This document shows, in pieces, positions 12,946 through 27,250 of a stretch of 64,000 bases of DNA. The first letter of the stretch is position 1. Each line of letters opens with the position of its first letter. The DNA is taken from the NCBI RefSeq assembly GCF_009914755.1, contig NC_060930.1. One strand, given 5' to 3'. Source of the stretch: the human T2T-CHM13v2.0 reference genome, Homo sapiens. The position numbers and the translations under genes are program-made. Under the pieces are notes generated by a model. That model had not been told where the DNA came from, ran no database searches, and saw only the letters and a program-made list of their open reading frames with translations.

Positions 12946-14734
12946 AATGCGTCAAAGGAATAGCATTTTAATATATTCTATAATGATAAAATTATACTTT
13001 GATATCCACTTTTGCTCACCCAGAAAGTTCTCACATCATTTAGGTATCAGTAAATGTCTAAAAGGAAGCAGTACAGACTTTATACAATAAAGAACAAAAC
13101 AAAACAAAAACTGAGGTAGAGCAGATAAAAATCAGAAAAGGTGCTCCCCATTCAGCTGAAGAAACTATCAGCTCACGAGAAAATGTTGTTGAAACCATCA
13201 TTTTCTCCAGAAAGTTAAGAGGTTACAGAACTCAGAAAGAAGGGGGAGGAAGACATTTTTTAAATGAAGAAACACAGAAATTATTTGTAGTCAGAATAAA
13301 CACCAGACCTCTATCAAGAACCTAATGGCTCAAAAACTCTTAATCAAGTACTGCTTTAATGTTACATAGAGAATACTCTCTAGGTTAAGCCTTTGCCCTT
13401 AGTTCTAAGAGACATAATGTCTGAGGGTGCCTGCACATAGTTTACATTGGAGTATGAATAGAGAATGTAAAAGAAGATTCTAATAGTAGGTAGCAGGAAA
13501 GGTCAGAAAAGCAATGAACAGTTTTGAGATTTGAAGTGTTTGTGTGGGAGAAAGGTGCAAAGAAATTGAAATTTAATTACTCTCTAATTGGAGATATAAT
13601 GTTGCTTAAAAGAAAAAATTACAAATGCACAACTCTAAAAACCCACCCTGATAAATCACATATCATATCCACTTCCTTTCAGCCACACATACATATGCAA
13701 AGACATAGAAAATGATTTCTTTTCATCCAAGTGTGATTAAATGAGATTTAGAAAATGGCTACTTGGTGAGATTTTTGTAAGGCACTGAAATCAACAATTT
13801 TTATGGTAAAGAACATATGTTGGTTTTGATTTATTATTTATTTTCCAGTTTGAATAATGCAAGATGTTTTTATAAAAAGTTATGGGGAAATGCTAAGCAG
13901 ACAAAAAATCTCATAGTGTGAAATACATGAGTACATTAAAAAATTGCAATAAAGCCTCCTGCAAGGAGAATTAGCATTGAGTGTATGCAATATGTATTTT
14001 CCCCAAGCAAATTTAATTTGATACATATTTTCAAAGTTTAAAAGTTTTCTCTCTTTATTAAATCAGAGAACATGTGACAAGTATAAACTTCCCTACATCA
14101 GTGCCTTTGTTTAAGCTTACCCTACAGTTAGAGGCCCTTCTCACATCCAGCCTCAATCTTCCCTATCCAATATAAAACAGAATAATGTGATGCATTTTAG
14201 AATTATGTTTTTATAAATTTCTCTACTATAAATATCATTTATCTGACTTTGATTTTTATTCTTTCTTGGAAAAATGACATAAAAATCCATGCCATTTATG
14301 ATGTTTGCTTTTATCTAGATGTATCCTAATTCATAAAAAAAAGACGTTTCCTTTAAAATTGATCTATTGGTTAAATTCTGACCATACTCCCTACAAATCA
14401 GCTTCTGGATCAACAAAATATTCTTGATGAAGGAACTTTGGTATTGTCAGCCATGTTGATGGATGCTTGGTAAACAGCAATATATTCTATCACCCATTTA
14501 AGGTGGGTTTAGAGTTTTCTGATCTATGGGACTAGCAAAATGTTGCTTTAGCAAAGACTTTAATATGCCATCTAGATGGAAGACATATTATAATAATATC
14601 ACTAAAAATGGGTGATATTTAATATCAGTGCATTCTTTGACATTGGATATTTTGAAACAATATTCTACAAATCTTCAGATCTCACCATTTACCATTATTC
14701 TCTTATTTCAATCTACTATTTCTTTCTTCCTTCT

Positions 14735-15255
14735 TTCCTTCCTTCCTTTCTTTCAACATGTACTTTTTGAGAATCAATTACATGGCCTGGGCCCAAGGAT
14801 CAGGGCAGTAAGCAAGCCAGACCCAGGTTTCCTAGTCATATATTCTAAAGCCTAGCAGAGAAGACAGTTAATTAAAGCATAATTGCAATGGTGTGTGATG
14901 GGTGTAATAATGGAGCGTGTACCAGATGGACATAGCACTGGGACTTAACTGAAATTTGGGGAAAGTCTCCAAGAAGCAATATTTCAAATGGTACCTAAAG
15001 GATGAGTCAGAGTTAGCCACAGAAAAGTTGGAGAAGAAGAAAATAATCCTGATAAAAAGCTGAGAACTTCACTGGCCAGGAGAGCAAGAGAAAGAGGAAG
15101 AGAAATGTGAGAGGTGAGGCTGGAGGATTAGGCAGGAATTATATTATTGACAGCTTTGAAAATTCACCATTGAACTTTACCATGAGAAGATTGAGGTAAA
15201 TGGAATGATTTTTAGCGTGGAATGACATAAAATAGTTTGCATTTTAGGAATATAA
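14735..15255 (-). mobile_element. L2 3' end
   Basis: 'ttcaacatgtactttttgag', 'cctaaaggatgagtcagagttagcc', 'gagaggtgaggctgga'. Confidence 0.7.
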
Positions 15256-15597
15256 CTAGAGTGACCCTCTTCATAATTAGGTTGCAATAATTTGCCTTGG
15301 GAGTCCTCAATATTGCCTGCCAGTAATAACAGGGGTCCAGAAATCCATATTCTCTTCACATGAGACTCCAGCCTCCTTTCTCTTATGTATCTTGGTCTCC
15401 ATTACCCTCCAGAATCTTAAGATCTCAAGAGAGAAGAGTTGAGCTTTTTGAATCCTGCCACATTGTGTCAACCCTGCTGGCTGTGTGGATACCACCTGAA
15501 CTATAGAAGCTGAGTGAAATTTCCAGTCCCTGTGTACACTATTGGTGTCAGTGTGACTTCTTGCTCCAGTATTCTTTACACTTACTGAAGGGGCCCC

Positions 15598-16096
15598 TGT
15601 GAAGCAGGTTCACTGTGCACCCATTATCACTTCAGCCCAATGCACTTTGGGCTGCACTTTTACTATTTGTCTGAGTCTGGTGACAGAACACTCACACTCC
15701 ATGAAGTGGGCTTATTACTTATAGATAGGCAGCAAGGGACAGCAAAAGCCTAGGATTCATGGTGTGTCATTTCTCAAGGCTCAGGAAAGCTACCCAGGGT
15801 GTGAAGAGTCTCATCTGTGCATGTCCTACTTTCACCACAACTGAGGCACCCTGGAAAGCAGCTTGCCCTGGGTTTTATACCCTATGGGCAACAGGATACA
15901 CTGGGGTAAAGCACTGAAGGACATCCTGTTCCTATGAGTGACTGGAGCAGAGTCTTTGCTATACTGGCACAGGCCAGTTTCTCCTTATTTCAGGATGTTG
16001 CATTCCCAGTGTATTCCACAGTTATTCTTAAGAATTACAAGTGAGAAAGTGGGGAGAATTGGATCAGTCCAAGGCCACCCAGAGAACATTCCTGCA
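15598..16096 (-). mobile_element. ERVL-class solo LTR (LTR47-like; subfamily uncertain)
   Basis: TG...CA termini; minus strand begins 'tgcagga...gggtggccttggactgatcc...gggaatgcaacatcctga'; 5-bp TSD gcccc/gcacc. Confidence 0.7.
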
Positions 16097-16263
16097 GCAC
16101 CCAAGCACACTGGCTAGGCCCTTCAGGTTAATAATTTTTTATTTTGTCATTGCGCTTCCTCCACCAGCACTGGCATCTTCCTGGATGGTGGGGAAGAGAA
16201 TGTTGAGGCAGCTGCAATTTCCATGGTGGTGCTACAGAGTTATGGGTTTTGAAGTTCTGTTCA

Positions 16264-16917
<654 letters not shown>

Positions 16918-17929
16918 TCAACATCCCAAGTTCAGCTTCTCAATTCTTTCATCATTTATGTAATGAATTCCCTGCCTTATAAATTTAGTTTCTAATAGTG
17001 CAAGTGCTTTCTTTTTTTCTGAATTGGCCCCGATACAGGTTTTATATGCAGTAAGAATAATGGCACAGCAATTCTATGTGGGAAAAAGGTGGGACAGAGG
17101 CTTGGAAAAGGTCTAGAAGTGGAAGCTTACCTGACTGCAGAGCCAGTACTGTATTTGATTATCATTTCTATGATTACAAAACATCTCTACAGAAGGAAGT
17201 ATGTGTGATATCATCTTGAAAAATCCATCAAGAGTTCAGTTGTAGAACTATGATGTCATTTGCACATCAGGAAAGACATTTTGAAAGGAACTTGGCTTAC
17301 CTTTGTGAAATGTTAGTATAGCCCCATTATCTTGTGCAATCCCAGTGTCCCTTACCTGAGTAATTTCCTTGTTAGTTTGACTTTTTGTGTTTTCAGAAAA
17401 TTAACAAAAGTTCTGGAAGAAAATGCCAGAATTTTCACTGAGTTTACCAAGGAGAAGAGGAGGGGATCAGGCACAAGAAGGGAGGGAGACTTTTACTTTT
17501 CATTTATATACCCTTTGAAACTGCTTTTACATATTTTCACGATATGCAGTTATTACTCTTCTAATAAAATTTCAAGAAGAAATGTGCTCCATTGTTGAAT
17601 AGTTAGTACAAGGATCAACAGAAGCAAGGGGCAGCCACCGTAGCCACACTGCGTCCCAGCTATTCAGTAACGCAGCAGTATTATGACTGAATCTCATCTG
17701 TGAGGGCTGCTTTCTCTTTGTTCATTTAGGTTCGGGATTTCCTTAAGAAGTAACTATGCTATTGTCAAGATGCTGAGGTTGAAAGAATCTCCCCTGCAAT
17801 TCAGTGTATATACAGCACAATGTTAGAGCATTTTAGCAGCAAGACAATATTTCCTAGGGACTATATTTCATGTCTCACTTCTTCACATGTAGATGTGCCC
17901 ATATAAATAGTTCTCACCAATGGAATACT

Positions 17930-19061
17930 AGCAGACATAATGTGTGTCATTTCTGGGAAATTGATTTTTAAGAATTGAGTGTGCCATCCAGGATCTGTCT
18001 CCTTCAACTGGCTGGATGTAGACAACCTGATGAGGTCTTAAGGAGGATAGAAAAGCAAGGGCTGGAAGAAGCCAGGATCTTTGGATCATTGTATGGAGCA
18101 GTGGTGCAAGAAGTCTCATCTGGAAACTCTTGGGGAACCCTGATACTCTTTGGAGGGTCTGTGAAGTCAGAAGTATTTGTCTAATGACATCAAGAAAATC
18201 AGAGATATTAGCAGATGTGACTTTTTGATATTGTATAATTAAATAAGGTAACATTTGGGAGATCTGTATAACTTGGCAAACCAATATTTTCCAAATGACC
18301 AAGACGTGACATAGAAATCATCTGAGGATAAAAGATTCATTTGAAGTTCAAGATACACCAATGGATTTCAGTTTAAAATACCATGAAAAGCTCATTGATA
18401 TGGCCCAGATTCCACATTGCAAGTAACCTTTAAAAGACTACCACTTGTATCGAAGTGTAACTTCAAAGAAGACTATCTACTATTATTTGAAACATTCACA
18501 AATGTCTGGAAGGACTACGAAATTGCTCTTCCCTTTACTTAGTATATTTCCCTATAAGACCAGATGCAAATATGTATATATTAGAACCAAAGCAAGATGT
18601 GACAAAAGTATAATGAAAAAGCATATATGAAATCCAACTGTCTTCTATTAAGCTATAGACATTATAGAGGTTTATAAAAATGTAAAGCAGTGTCACTCTT
18701 CTCACTAAAATTTGTTTGAAAATATGTAGTTTTTTCTAATCAAGTGCATTACTTATGTTAACATAGCAGTTATTACTACTTTTAAAGAAATTAGTAAATA
18801 TTTTAAATTTGTTTTAATTTTTATATCTATAAATATTCATAGCTATCACAGAAGTAAATCAAAACTTTTACAGTTCTCAGTAATATTTAAGAGTGTAAAC
18901 TGGTCTTGAGATAAAATAAAAAGTGTTGAGAACCATTTATTTGGAAGAAAGCCATTTGCTTAGTAAGAACCAATGCATGAGAAATAAACTCCATTGAGTT
19001 TAGGCACTTTGTATTTTGAGGCCTGCGTGTTACAGCCCTTAACTATAACCTAACTAATGCA
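17930..19061 (+). mobile_element. MLT1 (MaLR) LTR split by Charlie1a
   Basis: 'tgtgtgtcatttctggg...ggaagaagccaggatc' before 18099; resumes after ~18937 with 'gagaaataaact...tgttacagc...cctaactaatgca'. Confidence 0.65.
18099..18936. mobile_element. Charlie1a-like hAT DNA transposon
   Basis: Termini cagtggt.../...ttgagaaccat; internal 'aaaccaatattttccaaatgaccaa' and 'atccaactgtcttctattaagc'. Confidence 0.8.
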
Positions 19062-20569
19062 AACCCCTGGGATAGCTTTCCAGCACCTAAAAGTGAGCTA
19101 TACGTTTCATCGAACTTCTCTATAACACTGAATTGTAGACTTGAATATCTTCTCGTCTACAGTTAAGGAGAAGACAGTACATGGAGACTGAATAATAAAG
19201 ATTAGCCAAATATAAAAGGTTTTGAGAACTTTTAAAAATGGAAGTTTCTTGTATTCTTTAATGACAAAATAATTTAATTTCTACTAAACACTGATCAGGA
19301 ATCACAATTTGTAAATGTTACTTTTAAGCAAAACATGAGTATTTGTGTATAATGCATTATTTGATTCTAAGCTTCTCAGTGCTTTAGTATGAAAGCACAC
19401 ATTTTGTGTTAAAGCCTAACTTTAAGGCAATGAAAATAATATCTTCTCTTTGTTTCCTGTCACATCAAACAAATTGATCACTTTATTTACTATAGTAAAC
19501 AGTGCAACCAAAATGGTGTATTTGTATTTAGAGGTATCTGGGAGTTTAGATGGTTTTTAGGAACAGTATTTCTTTTTCTCTCATTGTTAGATTTATTATT
19601 GAGGTAATGCAATTACCCATTTTTTTTTGCATTCATATAAAACATGTAAGACAGATGTTTTACTGTAATCCTATATCCAATCAATATATTATTTAAAAGA
19701 CTACTGAGTAGAAAGAGGAAAATGCAGTTTATATTGTTTACATCCTTGATGCACACATCCTTTCTGAGAGGAGAAAAAAGGAGAAAGGAGAAATTGATTT
19801 ATGAACAATCTATATTTTATTCATTTTCCAACTTTTCTCTTTATATCCATCATAAATGAAATCAGCAACAGTCAGGCACCTAGACAAATTGAAACAAATG
19901 CGAGCTAAAACTCTGATGGGCCCAGTCCCATTCTGGTAGAGTTCTGTGTAATGTGTTCCTGGATTGCAAGTTTGATCTTGAAGATATTCTATGATAGGCC
20001 TTTTCCAATCTGCTCAAGCTACACAATATTGGGGTAGTTCCTGTCCTCTAATTCTCTGCCAGATTGTCATAGCTAATGGCAGACAATGTAAAAGCAAGGA
20101 AGTTTGGTGGAGCTGTGAGATTTTGCTATCCTCAACTATATCCCACATACAAAGTAAGCAGAAGAAAACAGTACCCCAAAATCTATTAAAGGGAACAAAA
20201 CATGCTATATAATTAATGCACTGTCTCAAGGTGAGGTCTAACATTTATTTTGTTACAGGTTTCAGACTTGTTTAAATTCATCTTGCCAAGTTCAGTTTAT
20301 TTGTGGTGACAATTTAATCACAAATGTTTGATACCCTTAACTATTGTGAGAGAAAGAGAAGGAGAAACAAAATTACATCCGTTACCATGGCATCATGATA
20401 TCTGTTAGTTTTCTGGCCTGTGCCTGAAACCATCCAAAGTGGCTTATATGTTTCACAAGTTACTGGTCCTTACCACAGTCAAGGAGGTAAATGCTATTTT
20501 CCTCCTCACTTTTCAAATCAGGAAAGCAAGCATAGCGGTTAGCATTTTTTCTGTACTGCTTCACTTTAA

Positions 20570-21240
20570 TTATGTTGTTCCTCCAATAGTGTCACCATTC
20601 ATCCAGTTTCTAAAACCAGAAACTGGGGAATCCACTAGGATTTCTCCCCCAGGCACCCTTTCCTTTAACAAGCCATGTTAATTTTACCTCGCTAGTGTCT
20701 TTGCTAGAAATAATATCCATCCTCACAGTTGCTGGCTGACATCAATTATCAACTCTTGGCTGACCCACAGATAAACTTTTCCAAACCATCTTCCCAGAGT
20801 TTGACTCTCTCCAATCCATTTTTTTGACACTGGAAACAGGGTGATCTTTCTAAAAGGGCAGATTGTATAAGGTCACTTACCCACCAGAAACACTTCAGTG
20901 GCTTCCTGTAAGCTACGGAATAAAATCAAACATCTAGCTTGGTATATAAGGCCTGGCACAATTGACCTCTGCCTAACTATCTCTTTCTTCCCTCACCTCC
21001 CACAGCTCCTTGAACCTATACCCCTGACACACTGGATTGGATCTGGTGGGCATGCTCTTGTGGCCACACACGTGCTGTTCCCTCAGCCTGGCAGAGTGTT
21101 CCTTCATTCTTACTGACCTTGGATAAACTCCATTTACACACACACTCAGCTCCAATGCCAATCTCAAGGAAGTTTTCTCTCCACTTCTGTACTAGCACCT
21201 ATCATGTACTTATCTCTGTTATTTTGTTTTCATCACTCTG
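20570..21240 (+). mobile_element. L2 fragment (continues ~21620-21810)
   Basis: 'caccattcatccagtt', 'cagggtgatctttctaaaa', 'cagtggcttcc...aataaaatcaaac'. Confidence 0.7.
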
Positions 21241-21378
21241 TCTTCCATACCTGGACTTGTTAGGAAAAGCTTGGACAATCAGCTAGCTTGGCTTTAAACC
21301 TTTGTTTTCATTGTTCTGTATTCCATACCTGGACTTGTTAGGAAAAGCTTGGACCATCAACTAGCTTGGCTTTAAATC
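21223..21378. repeat. 78-bp tandem duplication (2 copies)
   Basis: 'ttccatacctggacttgttaggaaaagcttggac' occurs at 21243 and 21321. Confidence 0.92.
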
Positions 21379-21565
21379 TTGGCTCTTCCTGAATGATCTT
21401 ACATTTCTCTGTTTCTCTGACTCTCAGTCTCTCCATTAGGGAAATAAGAATATTAATTATACCTACATTAGACAATGCAAATATGAGTTGATATCAGAGG
21501 AGTACCATTCTTAGCTATGGGCTCATATAGTGTAAGTATTCAATAAACATTAATTATCAGTATTA
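21340..21565 (+). mobile_element. MIR SINE
   Basis: 'tttaaatcttggctct', 'tctctgactctcagtctctccat', 'taagtattcaataaacatta'. Confidence 0.65.
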
Positions 21566-22131
21566 GCCATTCTCTAGGAACATAATAGAAATACTGCTAT
21601 CCCAAAGAGTTGTCTTCGTTGTACTTATCACTCTCTGAAATTATCTTGTTTATATAAGTTAATTATCTGTCTCCCCAGACCTGGAAAGTAAGATTCATGA
21701 GAACAGTGAACTTGGTAATGAACTTGGTAACCTTGTTCGCTATTGTTCTTATCACCCGATATACCATGGGAAGTCAATATGTTATCTGAGTTAATGAATA
21801 TATTTAGTAGAATATTGCAGCAATCTAAAAAAGCTGACATGAGCAAGGAGTTGAGAAATATTCAAGCAGGATCAAAGACAGATTGAACTATTGCACAGGA
21901 TTACTCTATATCATCTTCACCAAGAATAAGTGGGGTGATGTAGGACTTTTTGAGACCGCATTGATAATTTGATGCCACTTAATAATTAAATTATGTGCTT
22001 TATCAAGACACAATGGATTGTCCCTATTAATCACAAAAATTATTGAGATGAGCAAGGCCTAATACTTATGGCTTGTATTTGCTTGTGATACACAATTGCT
22101 TACAATAGTTTGACTCTCTTGCACACTTTCT

Positions 22132-22422
22132 GTTTTTTTGAGACAGGGTCTTTATTTGTCACCTATGCTGGAGTGCAGTGGCATGATTATGGCTCACTGC
22201 AGCCTCAGCCTCAACCTCCTGGGTTCAAGCGATCCTTCTCACTTCAGCCTCCTGGGTAGGAAGGACCACAGGCATGTGTAAACACACCCAGCTAGTTCTT
22301 GTATTTTTTTGCGGGGTTTTGCCATGTTGCCCAGGCTGCTCTGAAACTCCTGGGCTCAAATGATCCACCCGCTTCAGCCTCCTAAAGTGCTGGGATTAAA
22401 GGCTTGAGCCACTCTGCCCGTC
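22132..22422 (-). mobile_element. AluJ
   Basis: 'gagacagggtct...ctcctgggctcaaatgatcc...gagccactctgcccg'. Confidence 0.92.
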
Positions 22423-23074
22423 TCTTTTACTCACTTTTTAAATTAACGCAGTCAATTCCTTTTAACTTGCTTTCTAACTATAAGCCATTGATGTTACTGA
22501 ATGGCCATGAATCATTAATTTCACTTTTGCTGACCATTTAAAATAATATCCCTGAAATTGCAAGAATAGATTCCAAATGAGAAAATAGCTGCAGAAAAAT
22601 AGTATCATGGTGCCAAAAGTCTCGCCAAGTTAAGTCACGTGTCACAAATGGAAAAAGCTCAACACCTGAATATATTTTCTTTTAGCCAGCTATGAGGTAT
22701 AAAAAGTTCTGTTGGACATTTAAAGGCCAATTGGAGGGCAATGCCATCAGCAGGACTGGGCATGTCAGGGAGATGGACGAGGTGCCTTGAGAAGCTGTGA
22801 AAGGAGAAACAGGAGTCTCTTAGCCACTGGCAGCCCTCTCATAATTTCTTGAGACTGCTTATAGACCTGTTGGGAGGCTTCTCCCCTCTAATGTCATTCT
22901 CTACTAATGCAGCCAATCTCCACCTCAGCAATGCACGATTATAACCACCCCAAATGCACGATTATAACCACCCCTAGATCTTTTTAAACATAAAGATCAC
23001 CAGGATCTGGCCCCGACTCACTGAATCGGTGTCTCTTAAAACTGGAAATTTGAATTTTTAATTCTGTATATCCA

Positions 23075-23190
23075 CAATGATCATAAATCCTTGTTTGCCC
23101 AGTTCAGTCTGGGTCTTCACTTGTTCTTCCACTATAATTCATTCCAAAAAAGCTCTGTGTTTGGACAATAAATTATGTGTTCACCTTACC
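23075..23190. mobile_element. MER94-like hAT element (preceded by a MER5A fragment at ~22975-23060)
   Basis: 'ttgtttgccc...tttggacaataaattatgtgttcacct' resembles MER94 termini. Confidence 0.55.
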
Positions 23191-23352
23191 TATAGGTGAA
23201 CACATCTATCTTTATGTTCTATAGGTGAACATATCTATCTCATGAGTAGCCAAGATCTACCCCCTCTCAAATGCTGTTTCTCATATTTATGCTACATATT
23301 TATGGAGTTCTTGCTAAAATCTTCCACTGATACATGTACATACTCATATATA

Positions 23353-24637
23353 TGTAGTTACTTCAAAAAAGTTCATGAAAAATAGAACAAAAAGATAAAA
23401 ATAAAAAATATAGACTTTATTTCTCAGCATAATCTCCATCAAGTTTAAGACACTTATGTAAGCAATGATATCAGCCATTTAGCCCATTTCTAAAGAACTG
23501 GGGGTCCTGGGAATATAATCAGTCAATGCAGTCTTTTTTACATTATTAATTGAAGAAAAATGGGTGTCCTTTAAAGATTTTTTAAGATTAGAAAACAGAA
23601 AGAAGTCAGAAGGAGCCAAGTCGGGACTGTAAGATGGATGCCTAATGATTTCCCGTTGGAAATCTTGCAAAATTGGCCTTGTTTGATGAAAGAAATGAAC
23701 ACCTGTCGAGGTAGAGAAGTACTCGCTGGTAACGCCTTCCTGGATGTTTTTCTGATAAAACTTGGCTAACTTTCTCAAAACACTCTTATAATAAGCAGGT
23801 GTTATCATTCAATAGCTTTCCAGAAGGCAAAAAACAAAATGCTTGAGCATCCCATAAAACCGTTGCCATGACATTTACTGTTGACTGGTTCACTGTTGCT
23901 TTGACTGGACCACTTCCACCTCTTGGTAACCATTGCTCTGATTGTGCTTTGCCTTCAGGATCATACTGCTAAAGCTAAAGTTCATCTCCTGTTACAAATG
24001 TTTGAAGAAATACTTCAGGATCTTCATTCAACTTGTTTATAATTTCCATTGAAAGCTCTGCTCTTGTCTGCAGCTGATCCGGGCGCAATGGTTTTGGCAT
24101 TCACTGAGTGGAAAATTGGCTTAGCTTTAATTTTTCAGTCAGAATTGTATAAGCTGAGTCAATTGAGATGTCTGTGGTGTTGGCTTTTGTTTGTGCTGTT
24201 AATTGCCAATCCTCTTCAATTAGGGCATGGACAAGATAAATTCTCTTCTCACAAATCTACCTGGATGGTCTGCTGCTGCAGGCTTCATCTTCAATATCAT
24301 CTCATCCCTTCCCAAAACAAGTTATTTATTTGTAAACTATTGATTTCTTTGGGCCATTGTCCCCCTAAACCTTTTGTAACACATCAATGATTTTACAATT
24401 CTTCTACCCATGCTTTACCATACATTTGATGTTTGTTCTTGCTTCAGTTTTAGCAGAATTCATGTTGCTCTACTTGGGGCTCTTTTCAAACTAATTTCTT
24501 ATTCTTCTTAGTGCCTCAGAGTAGATCCTTTTCATACATGTCCTAAGTTAATGTGAGTTTATTTTGGCTCAACAACTTTGAAATCCATGCATAGTGTTTT
24601 GAAAACATGCATTTTCCATGAACTTTTTGAAAACTTG
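23353..24637 (-). mobile_element. HSMAR2 mariner transposon, near full length, dead transposase
   Basis: TIRs 'cttcaaaaaagttcatgaaaaat' / 'attttccatgaactttttgaa' with TA flanks; ~1.3 kb; ORF 23479-23808 carries the mariner motif HPSYSPDLAPSDFFLF. Confidence 0.92.
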
Positions 24638-25408
24638 TATAAAATATATGAGTGTACACTTACATGTATGCATATACATACATACATTTATATCTTTTTA
24701 AAGTTGATTTTACAATAGAAAAATGATAAGCAAGCAGTGACATCATGTGTCTTTAGTCTTCTATTCTGTAAAAAAAGTTTGGACCTAATTAAAGGTTTTT
24801 TTTTTTGTTTAATCACTGTACTTCTTGCAAAGTGTGTGAAAGGACTTCCTTGCCCCATTGCATGAAACTGAATTCACAAACTGAACTACTTCAGAATATT
24901 TAGCTCTTGCTCCTAGTCATATAAACAAAGCATCAGACTCAAAGGCAAAGAAATAGTATGCCAATGCCTGGCTGATTACCTGTCATCCTCTTATCTATCA
25001 TTTTATGTCCAGAAAACAACAGCATTAGGTGAAGCTTGAAATGACAAAATGATCCACATGATAACCAAAGCATATGAGTAACAAAATTCCAGTCTAATGT
25101 TTGTGTATAGCTTTTGTGTTTGCAAAATTGGATTTTTTTCAAATCCACCGTGCTACCAGCTAAATCTATAGACTGATGGTTTAATCTATACAAATCAGAA
25201 TAAGAATACCTATTTTTCGCCTTTTAAAGATGAACTAGTTTGTTTCTAAAAGCTATGACCTCAGAGAAAAGTTAATATAATCTGTGCCTTGTATATCTCT
25301 GCATCTGTACTCCAGGCCCAGTCTGAGACCTAATTGGTAGTCAAGAAATACTAGCCAAATTAAGATGAATAATTTAAAAGGCAAATGGAAACAGCACTGT
25401 TCTATGTG

Positions 25409-25619
25409 GGTAGTTCTCGACTAGAGGCAATCTTGCCTCTCAGTTGATACTTGGTAATTTCTGGAGACATTTTTGGTTGTTATAAGGAGAAGGTGCTACT
25501 ATCATGTAGTGAATAAAGACCTGGAATGCTGTTAAATATCGCCCAATGCACAGAAGAGCCCTAATAACACAAAATTATCTAGCCCGAAATGTCAACAGTT
25601 CCAAGGTTCAGAGATTCTG
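25409..25619. mobile_element. MER20
   Basis: 'tctggagacatttttggttg...gtgctact...atgctgttaaata...aattatctagcccgaaatgtcaacagt'. Confidence 0.85.
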
Positions 25620-25832
25620 CTCTGGTTCAATACCCTAGATCTAGACTACTTCCACATTTTTTAACCTGAATTATTAATTTTACAAAAAAAAAACCCTGCT
25701 TACCCTCTTGTTACTGTTGGATAAAGATCAATTTCATTGACTTGGACATCAGGACACTGTTAGGTTTATTTATTATACCCTTTCTATTCACTATTATGTC
25801 CTATTTATTACTCAGGCTAGAAACCTCTACGG

Positions 25833-25982
25833 TGGTGGTTCTCTGTAACACACTCACCTGGACAGCTTGTTAAAACAAATGTTTCTGGGGTTCTTTCTCA
25901 GAGTCTTTGATTTAACTGGTCTGGGGTAAGGACTGGTAATGCTGATGCTGCTGGCCCATGTGCCCCACTTTGAAAAACACTG
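25833..25982. mobile_element. MER5A-family MITE
   Basis: 'tcacctggacagcttgttaaaaca...tgctgatgctgctgg...cactttgaaaaacactg'. Confidence 0.8.
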
Positions 25983-26087
25983 ATCTACAGTAATGTAATC
26001 TACCTCTTCATATTCCCCAAATTATTTCACTCCTCCCCTTCTTCCAGGTTATTTGTAATGCAGACCTCCTACTTCCTTTTATAAATA

Positions 26088-26737
26088 CAATCAATTTTCA
26101 TTATTTGAGGGTTCTATATTTTCAAATTTACTTAATAAAATTTTCTATAGCCTCAGAATTAATACTCACGGTGATTTAATGATCATTAGTGGACATATGC
26201 AAAGCAAAGAAAAATTTGAGCCTTTTAATGCACACGTTCTTAGCTGAGGTTGAACAAAGAGATGCTCTGCCTTCTTATTTTGGCTCTCATATTGTGAACA
26301 AGTATGCCTTGTATAGTCTATTTAGTGCCATTTTTGGCATTTTTATGCTTTTTTTGTCAGTGATTTTCCTGATTAAAATGGACTCCAAGCATAGTGCTAA
26401 AGTACTGACTACTGTTTCAAAGTACAAAAAGGCTGTGATGTGCCTTTCAGAAAACACGTATGTGTTTATAAGCTTTATTTAAGCATGAATGATAGTGCTG
26501 TTGGCTATTACGTCAATGTTAATAAATAAATAATATGTATTAAATAAGGTGTCTATAAACAGAATCACACATAATACAAAATTATATATTGATGAATTCA
26601 CCTAAATGTTGTAACCAGAGGCTTATAGGAACCTAACACTGTATTTCCCCTAGGAACAATGGTTCAGTATTCACTAATTCAGTGTTTGCTGTGACTTTAT
26701 ACACAACATTATTGGAATGAGACTTAAGAACTGACTG
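26088..26737. mobile_element. MER82 (TcMar-Tigger), full length
   Basis: TA-flanked, ~650 bp; 'agctgaggttgaacaaagagatgctctgccttctt'; ends 'gaactgactg'. Confidence 0.82.
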
Positions 26738-27213
26738 TAAATAAATCTTTCTCACCCACCTCCCACTACTTTTTCTAACTGCCCTGTCTCCCACAGGGCT
26801 TCCTTTCTTCCTATTAAATAGCTCCTCCTATCTGCAATTTAAAAATTCTGCCTCAGCAATGCTGGTGTTATTTCATAATGCCCTGCTGGGTTGAGTTTGT
26901 ATTTGATATTGTTTGGTTTATTCTGTGTTAAGCATAATGTTGGGTACTTGATAAGGGTTTACTAAATATTACTGAATAAGTTAATTCAAATGCAAATATG
27001 TTATCTCAGTGGAGGGACATTGCAATGTTAGCAAGGATTCTTTTTCTAATCTCTTGGAACCTAATAAAGCCCTGAGGAAATAGACTACCTTACAAGTCAG
27101 TGTTAAGAAAAGGTAAGATATGAAATGATTTTTTTTCCCAAAAGGTCAAAACTGTTAGATCCTCACACTCTTTCTCTCTATCTTTCTCTCTCCTTTCCTC
27201 ATCTCTGTGTACA

Positions 27214-27215
<2 letters not shown>

Positions 27216-27247
<32 letters not shown>
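27216..27247. repeat. (TG)n microsatellite
   Basis: About 16 uninterrupted TG units. Confidence 0.95.

Positions 27248-27250
<3 letters not shown>

Noticed and set aside
14488-14617. 12-bp inverted repeat tatcacccattt / aaatgggtgata
   Set aside because: Too short, no TSD, and not assignable to a MITE or structured RNA.
17120-17400. Three minus-strand GTAAG donor motifs close together
   Set aside because: No convincing paired acceptor; compatible with chance.
21223-21378. CRISPR-like or prokaryotic repeat system
   Set aside because: Only two adjacent copies with no spacers; the window is primate DNA with no cas-like ORFs.
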